64,000 nucleotides of DNA, from the IMG/VR virus record IMGVR_UViG_3300041986_000079, positions 1 through 64,000 of that record. One strand, written 5' to 3'. The DNA comes from a virus (lineage: Duplodnaviria; Caudoviricetes). The translations under genes and the position numbers were made by a program. A model generated the notes under the pieces. It worked only from the letters and a program-made list of their open reading frames with translations. It did not search any database and was not told the origin of the DNA. Below are positions 40,401 through 48,087 of this stretch, piece by piece (position 1 is the stretch's first letter; each line of letters starts with the position of its first letter).

Positions 40401-43008
40401 TATCCACGCTTACACTAACTCAGACTTAATGCGTCTTAATGAACGTGGTATTGCAACTCTTGAGGGTAAGCAGTTCTATGTTACATACAAAGGATTACAA
40501 AGTCTTGAAGAAGCTGGTGGTAAAGAAGCTGTATTAAAAGCTGAAGGAGTTACTGAAGATCAAGTAAAAGGACGTTTAGTTATTTGGATGAAAGAGAATG
40601 TAAACAACATGAAGTTACATGTTTATGATATCTCTCCAGTTGAGTCAGGTACTACACCAACTCCTCCAACTAAACCAACAGCAAAAGAACCAGTTAAAGC
40701 ATCAATTGAAAAACTACGTATCCCTATTGATACAGTAATAACTGACTTTAGTATAGTAGAAGCACAAAGCTTATTTAATTCTGCTAATCCAACTATCGAT
40801 CAATATCAAGAAGTAGTAGATTTATACGAGTTTGAATTATCTGCTGATTTACCAACAGAAGAGTTAAGAGCAAAGCTAGAGTCACAACTTGCGGATATTA
40901 AAAAGAGTTTTAAGATATCAAATGAAGAAGCTCCAACTGAAACTTCAGTAACAGTTGTACCAACAAAAGTAGAGAATGGTATTGTTATTCCTGAGTATAG
41001 AATAGATAAGACTATCACAAACAAAGATGGTAGTAAGAGACTAGCTCATACAGATGGCACAGTAATAACTATTAATCCTGTAAAAACTGTTGACGAGTTC
41101 TTTGACTACTTTACTGGTAAAACTGGAGGAGTATCTTCAAAACAAAAAGAAGAAGTCTTAAAGCAGATGGAAGAGATTAATCCTGTATACTCTTTAGATG
41201 TATTAAAGCAGATATTAAATACTCCTAAGCTTGTCAATCTATTCTTGATATTACATGAGCAAAGTCATATAGATAATAATGACCAAGCAGTGTACTGGAG
41301 AAACGGTAAAAACTTAATGACTCAAGATAAGATTGATATTGAGATTCGTGCTACTATCGAAGCTTTAGAAAAAGTACTTCGTTACATGGAAGCAGGTCAA
41401 TCACAAGAGCCTAGCATTAATTCTTCTGAAGTAGGTACATTACAAGGTAACTTACAACCTGAAACTGAATATACACCTGGTGAAAAGTATGAACTATTCC
41501 CTGGGGTATATGCTAATGAAGGACAACGTAAAGCTATTGATGCAATGACTGCATTCTTAGAAGATCCATTTGCTAATGATTTCTTATTATCTGGTGCAGC
41601 TGGTACTGGTAAAACAACTATTGTTAAAAAAGTACTTGAAGCTTACCCTAAGAGTACTGTTGTCGGTGGAGCTATATCAGCAGATGCAAAGAACGTACTT
41701 GCAGTTAATCTTGATGGAGCGGAAGCAAAAACTCTTGCGTCATTACTTGCACTTAAACATGAATATGGTAAGGGCGGCGAATCATCGTTTAGAGAGCTTA
41801 CACCTCAAGAAAGAGCTATGAAACCTGCTAACTGGGTTGAGCCGATCAAAAAGTATAAGATTATTATTGTTGATGAAGCATCAATGGTTAGCGAAGACTA
41901 CGTAGATATGATTAATAAGCTACGTGCAAAAGGTTCAAAGATAATTTATCTTGGAGATAAAGCTCAGATTCCAGCTATTGAAGATGAAAATAATACAGTA
42001 GTTGGTGTTGCTGGTGTAAGAGCTGGTAAAACAACTCGAGATATAATGAAAGAAGCACAAGGTATTATCTTTAATAAACTTGAAGGAACAGAATCTCATG
42101 CGTATTTAACTGAGAGAATGCGTCAAGGTGCAGATAGTCCTATCTTGACACTTACAGATAAGTATCGTGATAATATCATGAACATGTTTGAAGGTAAAGA
42201 AGGTGTTGCGGATCCAGTAACAACTCGTACAACTGTCCTTGAAAACAATGAAGGAGTTAAATACTTTGATCGTACTGAGGAAAAAGAGATGATTACTGAT
42301 TATGTTAACGAACTAATCACTAATCCAGAAGATCCAAAAGCAGCAATTCTTATCGCATCAAGAAATGCAACAGTAAATGCTTACAATGAATCGGTAAGAA
42401 AGCAGTATCTTAATACTGAGGAGGTTTTTGTACCAGGCGATAGAGTTCGTGTTAATGAAACTCATGAGATGTTCGATAACGGTATCAAAGGTATCGTAAA
42501 AGAAGTTAGCTCAAATGGTATAGATGCACAACTAGGTATTGAAACATATCAGTTAATGGTTAAGATTGAATCTATAAACACAAAAGGTGAGCCTGTAACG
42601 GTTGTAGTTCCAATGGATACGATTGCTCCATCTGATATGCCTGCATTTAAAGCAGTGATTAGTAAGTTGTTTGCAACAAAAAACAGAGACGATAGAGATA
42701 AAGCAATCAGATTACGTGAAAAGTATGTTAAGTTAGCTTACAATTATGCGGTAACTGTACATAAAGTACAAGGTAGTACATACAATGCAGCATATGTTAT
42801 TGAGAATGATGTAATGACATTCAGTAGAAATAAGTTACAAAACAATCGAATGATGTACACTGCTACTAGTAGACCTCGCAAAAAGTTAGTAATTTTAACT
42901 GGACAGTCTGCTGAATCTGCAGCAAGAGCATCCCTAGGTGCAAGATTCTTAGCCAAGCGTCAAGCAGCAGCTGTAATAAAAGATAAAGATAAAGGTTGCC
43001 AATCATAA
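28408..43008 (+). CDS. Giant virion-packaged DNA-dependent RNA polymerase (crAss-type, two DPBB) fused to zincin-like, possible ASCH-like and SF1B helicase domains
   Basis: GFRIPTQG (37555-37578) and SGSDFDIDK with D-x-D-x-D at 37678-37692; EADGQ (36238-36252) and KPQYFG; HEAFE (33049); HEQSH (41254); Walker A GAAGTGKT (41593), DEASM, GD..Q, HKVQGSTY, YTATSR. Confidence 0.9.
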   Translation: MAEESQPLLTTQPNIQEVDLASYQPIATTDPLANAELESTFMASDALVKSSIADLKQSLSAPTADEMLRPIGYDPIATNKDRYTNSEYFGQLGFNPFSNNEEIYGNAQGNLNKLKNAFVGMGQLAWDQAVDQFKSWGDTFDVLGSQDISEAFKQAEMEEISRRQNAMFNANPIFETQADRESVFNFNTIATTLQQSGYAVGAMAEIAAEEVALSYLTAATFGGAAELQAARSMKLASNIAKAARRTTELAESIHTTSNMRKVFNAVNKVTKLVNPVDNVMDFASSFKALSRADELAQGVGTAARLRTAARGFGALYRDVREFNLAVSEAKAEAAGTYSELSQSMSDNFETNYGRKPTDLELKDINEQALKGAQANGAANTAIIMMSNKLSFGNILKGFKPLRYMMDEDIMKGLAVVTDKDALKLGKKVIEASDNRWLYYKNAIISNPLKYVGANLSEALQENAQSISNDAVKSWYMAKYNGQELDSKFDGIRQAAANQFTVEGAKTFISGFFTGSLLGAGAKVFEQAGSIQQYLSDKQGYTDRQTKEGTARTSIKDTINAIYANPLAYSYSKDNAAVQSNFASLLKEAAINKDKKAFNDIQDDATRQFVLTGINTGMLDLLNDRLVDYTKNLTEEEFTQAFGVEYTKENHADMVKQAQAFTQRAEQIKDIHTKLSSEYANPFNPGNYKYGTEEYIKEGMSYVAYKEAMNQLTFMQDTYQQAITRQQQVLDSIKRKPGFENVSFTDIYSLTSQPKLAEEISLLQKEADATEDAKLKGEKEAKIKSLEKYNEQLGKYLDEVNTINSSKKTPEQKATALNKALDKFTSKGLPVFTTFINDQLAKAGKLPIQDNNARSAFENLTDYFHLQNDHEALLENINYIIDPINFSKYLDRHNEEIVKLFAKRMEEKIEEEEETRKANAKKVAVDPVMDDLEGEGEGIVDNEQDTFYSRTGQDGNKPSYARAGLLKTTGSHFLDDDKTVNTENNNHNFFKFTESVAILNNDYYLVAITADNDDFGIRREDKFKEDIKLIVVKKVEDDYFPVGTDGNILENPTKDTIVYTSMMGNKTLMADMSDKKNAEAALKYIKSIYNVEEQYDDATIIEEVTLLQQFRQAIQSETKAGRPTVLDITSVSKGVKRFAELDTNGRPVEQDLQGIVIDMDTTDFRDLRHPSGESLMLKVVTIKDDPEAENVRPGSIVLIGKETNRIHRVYNRQLSEAEIANITGVLSYFTQLIGNKNRTAQQDSEFIAIKKYLSGVLHWASPLEGEATPSTMMYISDGAIYRGDQGIKFDSKTIEKKMPGMLRGTYHSVNSSLARKTDKFTEVTMVDGVPQITEYANYNEYLLSNADGRVPVLFTNERPYDSNPASSEGVQLAGRYLVYAPTEEVASEKNTVAKNKSPETVKKDKQEANEASVNDKGDLKGTSTTNPKRKWKSKATTAQDNVDSTADATPVADKPVEVSSAITSILDAADIENINQAGADAVGEDMYRLQLGPVRQTEDFFKLAVFMKRALPQVPIHKMADLIDNKAWGAFKNGAIYIYENAEIGTGFHEAFESVWNSYLTKQQQDELAKEFINQSGTFTNPFTGETKSYAEASMYDVREMLAESFRDYMLTGNLPISMPAKQKTFFQELINFIRGIFGLKELEFNEFESKINKVFTGINEGEFANAVPVRDLNKLQTVYRAIPGTSQEFTKYFLDGVTSFFFRNLYMNKKNIDALLDDSADTNALLVSLFKQSLADAETYTRGDKNEFLAEAVGRAETKLNRKLTAPEKRELFNALLNNKNTLLSRHKKLYDQLDSAFANTEQIYDLFKTRVSKYGLIFKQSDNDFSSADAGTDELKVTDNLGIKDSITIDPRKFGATNFKLLLAGLTDDYFNAKKGEIYFKRNPLQLPKSLSYDRTYAILLNELNGSVQHFRDGNIVNAIDQMFERLDAKFKIKPVSPKSKTKTYKEGYEWVQRLKVRLKYEDAFGKRVSSENLSADDIELLVGFEQSLLKIQNNPIRTVYAEDGSIISDDSILTSTTNGLRDIWAATASTAAKPLALKGSDELLGIDDSGNVVFDTLSNPYKYFMSRLTSGGTIEDKGEEALERLGMIGISFTNTYFNADQYRTIVNAYAGIKAGITKGDIYSIQTLFSKTGANASITALLNLQINSTSEENVLSHITADGETQYTISNPSTAGYIVSAINTAATLKDLVLGNPQFGTVNEETGQVTLHPYQQRSLLLKAGGLVFDEDGNKRMIEVESSLEQGTKVPFTIDYNLISGVMTAGVEGKTTADLTEPDRLMQEIYHLTKNVYYTVINSDKSSEFALSLPKAFFDIADLTGPDGLNKVKSIYQDQLEDEVDAALAEYESSANIQYYSQKEKNGINDVKKLGHYRDILGKDLVSKVADIASGKLNKKVFVTSNNVTRALNEHIAKGAKDTIAELVKHDIIIKKSNGTYASLSLDAAFLEKYLGVSDPYKITETQITNLATFLFVNKEIAITEQHKLLYGHPALYKDLPKRSNGINSTKDGITDNKTVRAWMDKNMPRLDGKVRSSESVATMKNRTFDDITVSALRAKEYAEVIYQGMIANGVKPEAASKKLGVTFTKEGQFSKFILDEKNGFTGEIAKYLEINEADGQAWIMPDMYRDLLFLSKKLTRQQKAQIEYEMAYEIVTRSNKPEGHPAKATYDAAVLAKANETLAKGNPGAILNVIKPQYFGYAIDNKLMHTVFLKNSAQPKFYRFVEGTAFEEFYVAAQDAQDDIINLTSGQKVGATLNSQGGFSSIYDDKGNVNLNRDSKTGKLSFKDAPSQTLIMRYFGIQQEVPSVFKHAVVRGTQVSKLIMSNFRVRGKYTSKESEALVKEYNDIMIEMVKIGKKSLLQELGLTEQANGNYKATDLSKIVTVLRNELKQRELPDNVVDAINTIINEEGYTELEYTLDSSTAREKIDNILNAIVDSRVISEKMPGKPLVQVANTMFETKGRSFVYLKDNVYTTIEASKLDTLSEAEKATVRMVSSDLSFYKKGTGKKAKTSSMEVYLPWFMEDLVPSSELKLVNGILEVGKYEIDPALLKAIGFRIPTQGMNSIDSITVKGFLPKEMGDMIVLPSEITGKSGSDFDIDKMQVYLANHYKNGNKIIAYKWQGNAEKTKAYYEELYDKGQLLSPSDLEKIEKFKAKEASTPEGRMILAMVSSMLGEDSIAVSWLEGLKNADERRAKIVEASVKKAIQNRYIEVMNDLVTLPENFAQLITPNTTATLKGLANTINKLKGKEDDESLGYANLRSIVASSRIRHRFVSGKKLVGIAALQITSHIMSQIAGTKLSGLYNPERIYYLVGKGIKEKTINIRLNNSSNKELSLSLTVTQNGSLISDLFNEALSGFVDAAKDPFTFDLNLTMDTASTWFYMQRLGIDVEDIAYFFNQPVLDKYFKGVASNKSYFKKIKDFKVYNKMLALESADEYLQYIQTTPEYLEIAREFGLGKLKGSILNIYRDAEESGEYKLMKALDLMLQKIYTTAQDRSKVISTDELVSNIKEGATIQGQLMAVGLAEEGSEEETSMLSGLSEYGWSQIGVLADYLEYSVQGNQLNDYIRAQGYDNKKSKNIRTNKIHQSRWNKIVKDGFIANPEDLLNNTFIGAMKEQKESIIKMFEPFFTLLDRRLDKVFDPLMRQLESDVFMTGADMDDLVEKYQNFVFNYIIQNTVYKNASGKDVRVNRFKKMFFGKESWAMKLRDFRESEDAMVRNNLFIKNLVPIISSNEEMPDNIKNLRSTEDINDIVDSAKELLQYAENTGNQELADFLKQMAIFGILQTGFQKNYNNFTPFLPVEIYSELLKNILTRFNTTVDVDFNPDVIWEQFHQNMYYDNSVVPTPRFYKYQKGTDNILISADSTDVNLDYVKRNVVVVKDKREQAQLIRNGRRDEIFNTILYKKGGLTAEGEYIYEPINKAGLKYRLTEVSIDPFAQSVIKTNSANSTGASSLKKTSNNVIEALLEEDEDISAEKTGARPVGLDLNTTQNASKLILSGEKTRIHAYTNSDLMRLNERGIATLEGKQFYVTYKGLQSLEEAGGKEAVLKAEGVTEDQVKGRLVIWMKENVNNMKLHVYDISPVESGTTPTPPTKPTAKEPVKASIEKLRIPIDTVITDFSIVEAQSLFNSANPTIDQYQEVVDLYEFELSADLPTEELRAKLESQLADIKKSFKISNEEAPTETSVTVVPTKVENGIVIPEYRIDKTITNKDGSKRLAHTDGTVITINPVKTVDEFFDYFTGKTGGVSSKQKEEVLKQMEEINPVYSLDVLKQILNTPKLVNLFLILHEQSHIDNNDQAVYWRNGKNLMTQDKIDIEIRATIEALEKVLRYMEAGQSQEPSINSSEVGTLQGNLQPETEYTPGEKYELFPGVYANEGQRKAIDAMTAFLEDPFANDFLLSGAAGTGKTTIVKKVLEAYPKSTVVGGAISADAKNVLAVNLDGAEAKTLASLLALKHEYGKGGESSFRELTPQERAMKPANWVEPIKKYKIIIVDEASMVSEDYVDMINKLRAKGSKIIYLGDKAQIPAIEDENNTVVGVAGVRAGKTTRDIMKEAQGIIFNKLEGTESHAYLTERMRQGADSPILTLTDKYRDNIMNMFEGKEGVADPVTTRTTVLENNEGVKYFDRTEEKEMITDYVNELITNPEDPKAAILIASRNATVNAYNESVRKQYLNTEEVFVPGDRVRVNETHEMFDNGIKGIVKEVSSNGIDAQLGIETYQLMVKIESINTKGEPVTVVVPMDTIAPSDMPAFKAVISKLFATKNRDDRDKAIRLREKYVKLAYNYAVTVHKVQGSTYNAAYVIENDVMTFSRNKLQNNRMMYTATSRPRKKLVILTGQSAESAARASLGARFLAKRQAAAVIKDKDKGCQS

Positions 43009-43018
43009 AATAAGAACT

Positions 43019-46000
43019 ATGTCTTGTAGTATAATTAGAAACAAAGAAGGTGAAGTAAGTAAGGTGTTGGCTCCTAATGGTAAGGAGTCAATACTTTATG
43101 ATGGTATAGTTGAACAAACAGGTAATCCAGAAGAGTCTGTTGGTATATGGGCTTTAGCTTATACAGATGCGTTCAAAGAAAACTTTGGTGATTGGGAAAC
43201 TCCAAATAATCCAGATGTTATTACACAACTAGATACTAATGGTGAGCCATCCGTTCATGATGTGCTTTCATATAGTTTACTTCCTGAAGAAGAGATAGAT
43301 GAACAAGAAGAAGTTGATCAAGTAGAAGCAGAAGAAGAAACACAATCTCCTGATAAGCAACTAAATGAGAAGATCTTAAAGTTTTTATCAAAGATTGGTG
43401 TATCCTATAATGCAGTTAATCGAATCACAGATGCTTCCGGACAATCAATATCAGCAATTGCAAAAGCAGATATGCTTAATAAGATCATTGAGGTTGTTGA
43501 AAACAGAGCAGATGCTACAACTCTTCCTGAAGAAGCAGCTCACTTCTTTGTTGAGATGTTAGGTGAGAATCATCCTTTATATAAAGAGATGTTTAATCAG
43601 ATCACATCATACAGATTATACTCTGAAGTAGTTGAGCAATACAAAAATAATCCTGAGTATCGAACAGCTGAAGGAAGAATCAACTTTGATAAGCTAAAGA
43701 AAGAAGCTATTGGTAAACTTATTGCACAGCACATTATATCTGACAGTATAAGTAAGCCGACAACAACTGAAGAGCTTGATAAGAACTTAGGGTTTTTATA
43801 TAAGTGGTGGAGTAAAGTCCTTGCTTTTGTTCAGTCTGTCTTTAATAAAGCAGAAGGACAAAATCCTTTTGCTACTGTTGCAACACAGATTAAAGAAGCA
43901 GATGTATCTGAACTTGATCAAAATAAACAACTTGAAGGAGTTTATTACCAACAAGGTGAAGGATATGATCTTTTACTTCAACATCAAAATGATATTACTC
44001 TTGATGCTAGTATTAATGAAACGACAGGTCAAAAACGTCACGATTATTACATAGCTGGTAAGCGTATTGCACGAACAGTAACTACAACTAAGGTAGATGC
44101 TTATTATAAGAAGTTATTCAAGCATGATAATAGAAGCTCTGCTCAGAAAGAAATAGATTTATTAAAAGCTGAGTATGGTGATATTATCCATGAGGTTATC
44201 GATGAAATAGTTAAGAGCTATGTTGATCCAATAACTCATGAGATTAGAGAAGAGCGTACACCAGTAAAACATCCTATTGTTGAGATTGAAGAGTACCAAG
44301 AAATACTTAGCAAGCTTGAAGATTTTATTAAGCCGTTATTAGGAAGCTATCCTACTGGTACAAAGATTCTAACAGAGGTACGTATCTATGATGCAAAACA
44401 AGATATGGCAGGTAGTATTGACTTTTTAGCAATACGTCCTGACGGTACTGCAGATATCTATGATTGGAAGAGTCAAGAGATTTCAAAGAACCAAGAAGAT
44501 CTTAAACCTTGGAAAGCAGAAGCATATCGTATACAATTAGGTGAGTACAAGCGTATCCTAAAAGAGCAATATGGTATTAGAAAGTTTGATAAAGTAAGAG
44601 CTATTCCTATCAGAACAGATTTTTACTGGACTAAAACAAAAGACGGTGAGTATAGTATTGACGCATTAAAAGATGTTGAGATAGGTAACTACAACTCAAC
44701 TCTTATCAGTGAAGATCAGTCTTATTTATTACCAGTGTTACTAGACGAAGAGACAGGTTTTAAGAATATTGATGAGTTAATTAAAAAGTTACAAGGTATT
44801 CACGATCGTATTGAGAAGAAACGTGTTAGAGGATCTGAGGTATACATTAAGAATGAAGAGTTAAAAGCTTACAAGCTTGCAATCCGTGACTTACAATTAC
44901 GTCAGTCATTAGGTAGATTTATTGATCTAGGTTTCTTAGAGATTGATCGTTACAACTACTTAGTAAAAGAAGGTCGTTTAAAGTCTAAAGACATTATAAA
45001 AGCAAAAGAAGTTCTTGAAGTATTTGCATCAACATCAGGTATACTAAAAACTACTTTTGATGAGATGCTTAATGAGATGAAAGAACAAGGTGATGAAGAA
45101 GGATTAGCTTTAGCATTAGAGCTAGAACAGTCTTATAACAACATGACTGTTGCTGCTAATAGTACTTTGAAAGATATTGAGGAAGAGATGAAACAAATCG
45201 CTACTCAATTAGCAGAGCGTAATGGTATCAACAATCTATTAACTGCAGAAAAGAAAGTAGGCTTCTTTGCTGGTATGTTTAACTCAATGAGTACTCAACC
45301 AACAAAGGCAGTAAAAACTTTCTATAAGTTGATCAGAGAGGCACAAAGTAACAGAGACGTTAAGTTTGACCTTATGAGCACAAAGATGATTGCTCTAAGA
45401 GAAGGCATGATGAAGTGGGGAGCCTCAAAAGGTTTAACAGGTGAGAAGTTGTTTAACATTATGTTAGGTTTTGATGATAAGGGTAAATGGAATGGTAAGT
45501 TTCTTGCTCGCTATGAGTCAAAATATTATACAGATAAAGAACAAGCAACTCGTAATAGAGATAAGAAGTGGTTTGAAGAGAATACAATCTTTGATCAAAC
45601 AGCTTATGAAGAAGAAAAAGCACGTAAGAAAAAATACTATGATGAGTTAGTTGTTGATTCAGATCCTGAAGTTAATGCAGAGAAGACAAAGGCTATGTAT
45701 GAGCGTTGGATTACTAATCATAGTGCAAAGTTTGAAGGATATTTTAATCTTAAGAGCAAGTTTGTAAAGCCAAAAGAAAAGTGGGAGACCACAAGATGGA
45801 AAGAACTAACTGCCGTTGGTAATGAGCCAGCATATGAAACCTATAAGTTCTTTAGAAGCTTAGTATCAAAAGCAGAAGACATTGGTATGCTAGATGAGTT
45901 TAGCCCTAACTTTATACCAAATATGTATAAAGGCAAGCTAGATCAGATTACTTTTGGTAACTTCAAAAACATCTTTTCAAATGCTGGTTTCTTTGAGAAT

Positions 46001-47839
46001 CTAGCAGTTGATAGTGGTTCAGAGTATTTTCCTGATACAGATCCTGTGTCTGGTGAAGTACTTAACCGTGTACCAGTATTCTATACAGGAGACATTGGTA
46101 AGATAAACGAAGATGGATCAAAAGATTATACAAACAAATCAGTAGACTTATTTAAAGTCTTTGGTATCTGGGGAGCTCATATGTATTCTTATGAAGCAAT
46201 GCAGTCAATCGAAGATGACGCATTAGTATTGGCTGTTGTTGAGCGTACTAAAGATAGTTTACTAACAAACATGTTCAACGAGGTTAAGCGTCAAGCAAAC
46301 GGTCAGATTACTACAATAAAAGGTAATGAGCGTAATGCCGATATCTTAGATGACTTCATGAACTACTATCTATACAATAAGCGTACAGGTGAGCAGTATG
46401 ATGTTAAGATAAAACTTTTTGGTAAAACTATATCTTTAACAAAGACTCTTGAGTTCATTTTAGGTTTCTTTAGCTTAAAGACATTAGCATTAAACCCTTT
46501 ATCAGCATCAGCTCAGTTTGTTGGTGGTACAGGTAACGCATTCTTACTAGCATCAAAGAAAGTACTATTTAATACTACTGACTGGACTTCTGCTATGTAT
46601 AGTCTATCAAAGATGGATAAGAAGTCATATGCTTTACTAGATCACTTTAACTTATTACTTGAAGATACAAAGCGTAATAAGCTTGATAAGTTATCTGTAT
46701 CTAAAGTAATGGCTAATGTTACAGTTGATAAAATGTATTTCATGCAGCGTATTGCAGATAAAGGTGTTCAGCATCCTATCGGTATTGTAATGATGAAAAA
46801 CTACATGCTTGATGAAACAGGTAAGCTTGTTAATATCATGCAGTATGTGAAGAGTCAATACGACTATGCAAACTTCTATACAACATATGCAACTGAAGCA
46901 GAGCGTAAAGCAGTTGAGAAAGAGATCGATGAAAAAGTAGGTAAGTTAAAAGAAACAAAAAGTATTTATGCTACTGCTGAAATCAAAGATGATACTTTGG
47001 TAACACCAGGATTAGAGCCAGGAACAAAAGCTGCTGAAGAGTTTAGAGCTGCTGTAAAGAAAGCAACTAAGATTATTCTTGGTAACAGTACATCAGATGA
47101 TATTAACTTGATTAGAACTACTTCCTTAGGAATGGCTCTAATGCAGTTCCGTTCATGGATTCCTCAGATGTTTAAAGAACGCTTTGGTGAATTATATAAA
47201 GACGATGATTTAGATATCTACCAACAAGGTAAAGTATCTCTTCTTATCACTGAGTTGTTTTCAAAACGTATTGGTCAGCTTGTTAAAGGATTTATTCCTT
47301 TTGCTGGTAACCAAAGTATGATTGATGCTGCAAGAGTAAGATATCAAGAAGAGAGAGCACAAGCTTTTGAACTAGGTCAAGAGTTTGATATTACTGAAGG
47401 TGAGTATGTTGATATGTATCTTGGTAATGTTAGAAGCGCAATGAGAGAGATCATGATTGTTCTAGCATTTATGGCTTTATTGTATGCAGTAAAACCTGGT
47501 GATGATGATGATGAAGAATATAAAGGTATGCGTAAGTATTTAGCAAGAGCAATGTCTAAGTACTATAACGAGTTTGCATTCTATTATAACCCGCTTGAGT
47601 TTACAAACTTGATCAATGCACCATTCCCAGTAGTAAACCTTGGTATTGATGTTATGAACTTATTCAAGCATACATTAGAGCAAGCTTATGGTGGAGCAAC
47701 TGGTAATGTTGAGTATCAAGATGATGCAAAGCCGTTAAAGTACTTAGGTAAGATTATGCCTATCACAAAAGAACTCTTAATGATGGGTGCCATCTTTGAT
47801 GATGACTTCAGAAAAGAGTGGGATATCAGAATACAGTAA
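43019..47839 (+). CDS. Large polyvalent cargo protein with an EExxH zincin-like motif and a PD-(D/E)xK nuclease
   Basis: APNGKESIL...AFKENFGDW N-terminus; LPEEAAH (43523-43543); E...AGSIDFL...IYDWKS...YRIQL nuclease motifs (44375-44540); MQFRSWIP near the C-terminus. Confidence 0.75.
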   Translation: MSCSIIRNKEGEVSKVLAPNGKESILYDGIVEQTGNPEESVGIWALAYTDAFKENFGDWETPNNPDVITQLDTNGEPSVHDVLSYSLLPEEEIDEQEEVDQVEAEEETQSPDKQLNEKILKFLSKIGVSYNAVNRITDASGQSISAIAKADMLNKIIEVVENRADATTLPEEAAHFFVEMLGENHPLYKEMFNQITSYRLYSEVVEQYKNNPEYRTAEGRINFDKLKKEAIGKLIAQHIISDSISKPTTTEELDKNLGFLYKWWSKVLAFVQSVFNKAEGQNPFATVATQIKEADVSELDQNKQLEGVYYQQGEGYDLLLQHQNDITLDASINETTGQKRHDYYIAGKRIARTVTTTKVDAYYKKLFKHDNRSSAQKEIDLLKAEYGDIIHEVIDEIVKSYVDPITHEIREERTPVKHPIVEIEEYQEILSKLEDFIKPLLGSYPTGTKILTEVRIYDAKQDMAGSIDFLAIRPDGTADIYDWKSQEISKNQEDLKPWKAEAYRIQLGEYKRILKEQYGIRKFDKVRAIPIRTDFYWTKTKDGEYSIDALKDVEIGNYNSTLISEDQSYLLPVLLDEETGFKNIDELIKKLQGIHDRIEKKRVRGSEVYIKNEELKAYKLAIRDLQLRQSLGRFIDLGFLEIDRYNYLVKEGRLKSKDIIKAKEVLEVFASTSGILKTTFDEMLNEMKEQGDEEGLALALELEQSYNNMTVAANSTLKDIEEEMKQIATQLAERNGINNLLTAEKKVGFFAGMFNSMSTQPTKAVKTFYKLIREAQSNRDVKFDLMSTKMIALREGMMKWGASKGLTGEKLFNIMLGFDDKGKWNGKFLARYESKYYTDKEQATRNRDKKWFEENTIFDQTAYEEEKARKKKYYDELVVDSDPEVNAEKTKAMYERWITNHSAKFEGYFNLKSKFVKPKEKWETTRWKELTAVGNEPAYETYKFFRSLVSKAEDIGMLDEFSPNFIPNMYKGKLDQITFGNFKNIFSNAGFFENLAVDSGSEYFPDTDPVSGEVLNRVPVFYTGDIGKINEDGSKDYTNKSVDLFKVFGIWGAHMYSYEAMQSIEDDALVLAVVERTKDSLLTNMFNEVKRQANGQITTIKGNERNADILDDFMNYYLYNKRTGEQYDVKIKLFGKTISLTKTLEFILGFFSLKTLALNPLSASAQFVGGTGNAFLLASKKVLFNTTDWTSAMYSLSKMDKKSYALLDHFNLLLEDTKRNKLDKLSVSKVMANVTVDKMYFMQRIADKGVQHPIGIVMMKNYMLDETGKLVNIMQYVKSQYDYANFYTTYATEAERKAVEKEIDEKVGKLKETKSIYATAEIKDDTLVTPGLEPGTKAAEEFRAAVKKATKIILGNSTSDDINLIRTTSLGMALMQFRSWIPQMFKERFGELYKDDDLDIYQQGKVSLLITELFSKRIGQLVKGFIPFAGNQSMIDAARVRYQEERAQAFELGQEFDITEGEYVDMYLGNVRSAMREIMIVLAFMALLYAVKPGDDDDEEYKGMRKYLARAMSKYYNEFAFYYNPLEFTNLINAPFPVVNLGIDVMNLFKHTLEQAYGGATGNVEYQDDAKPLKYLGKIMPITKELLMMGAIFDDDFRKEWDIRIQ

Positions 47840-47875
47840 AAGAAAAAGGGGGATTAAATGTCCCCCTCTTCTTTT
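47838..47875. terminator. Bidirectional terminator between the convergent transcription units
   Basis: AAAAGAAAAA-GGGGGA-TTAAATG-TCCCCC-TCTTCTTTT: a stem flanked by A-rich and T-rich tracts. Confidence 0.85.
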
Positions 47876-48069
47876 GGTATTGGTTTTGAGTAATGTGTTA
47901 GTACTAAGTGTATAAGACCAAGTCCTATTACTACTTCTGTCATATTTCTTGTATCCGTTGGACCTGTAACAGATGCGTCACCACTAACAGTTTCAACACG
48001 AACAACTCTATGCATTATACCTAGTACAGATCTATACTGAGGTAGTACTTCAAAACTTATTTCAAACAT
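47854..48069 (-). CDS. Small hypothetical protein
   Basis: 71 aa with an ATG and an A-rich leader; last gene of the minus-strand unit. Confidence 0.55.
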   Translation of the reverse strand: MFEISFEVLPQYRSVLGIMHRVVRVETVSGDASVTGPTDTRNMTEVVIGLGLIHLVLTHYSKPIPKEEGDI

Positions 48070-48087
48070 GGCTTGTTAGTTTAAGTG

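Noticed and set aside
28853-42956. Many 60-174 aa ORFs nested in or antisense to the vRNAP gene (e.g. 33228..33752)
   Set aside because: These are expected by-products of biased codon usage in a long coding strand; no motifs or leaders.
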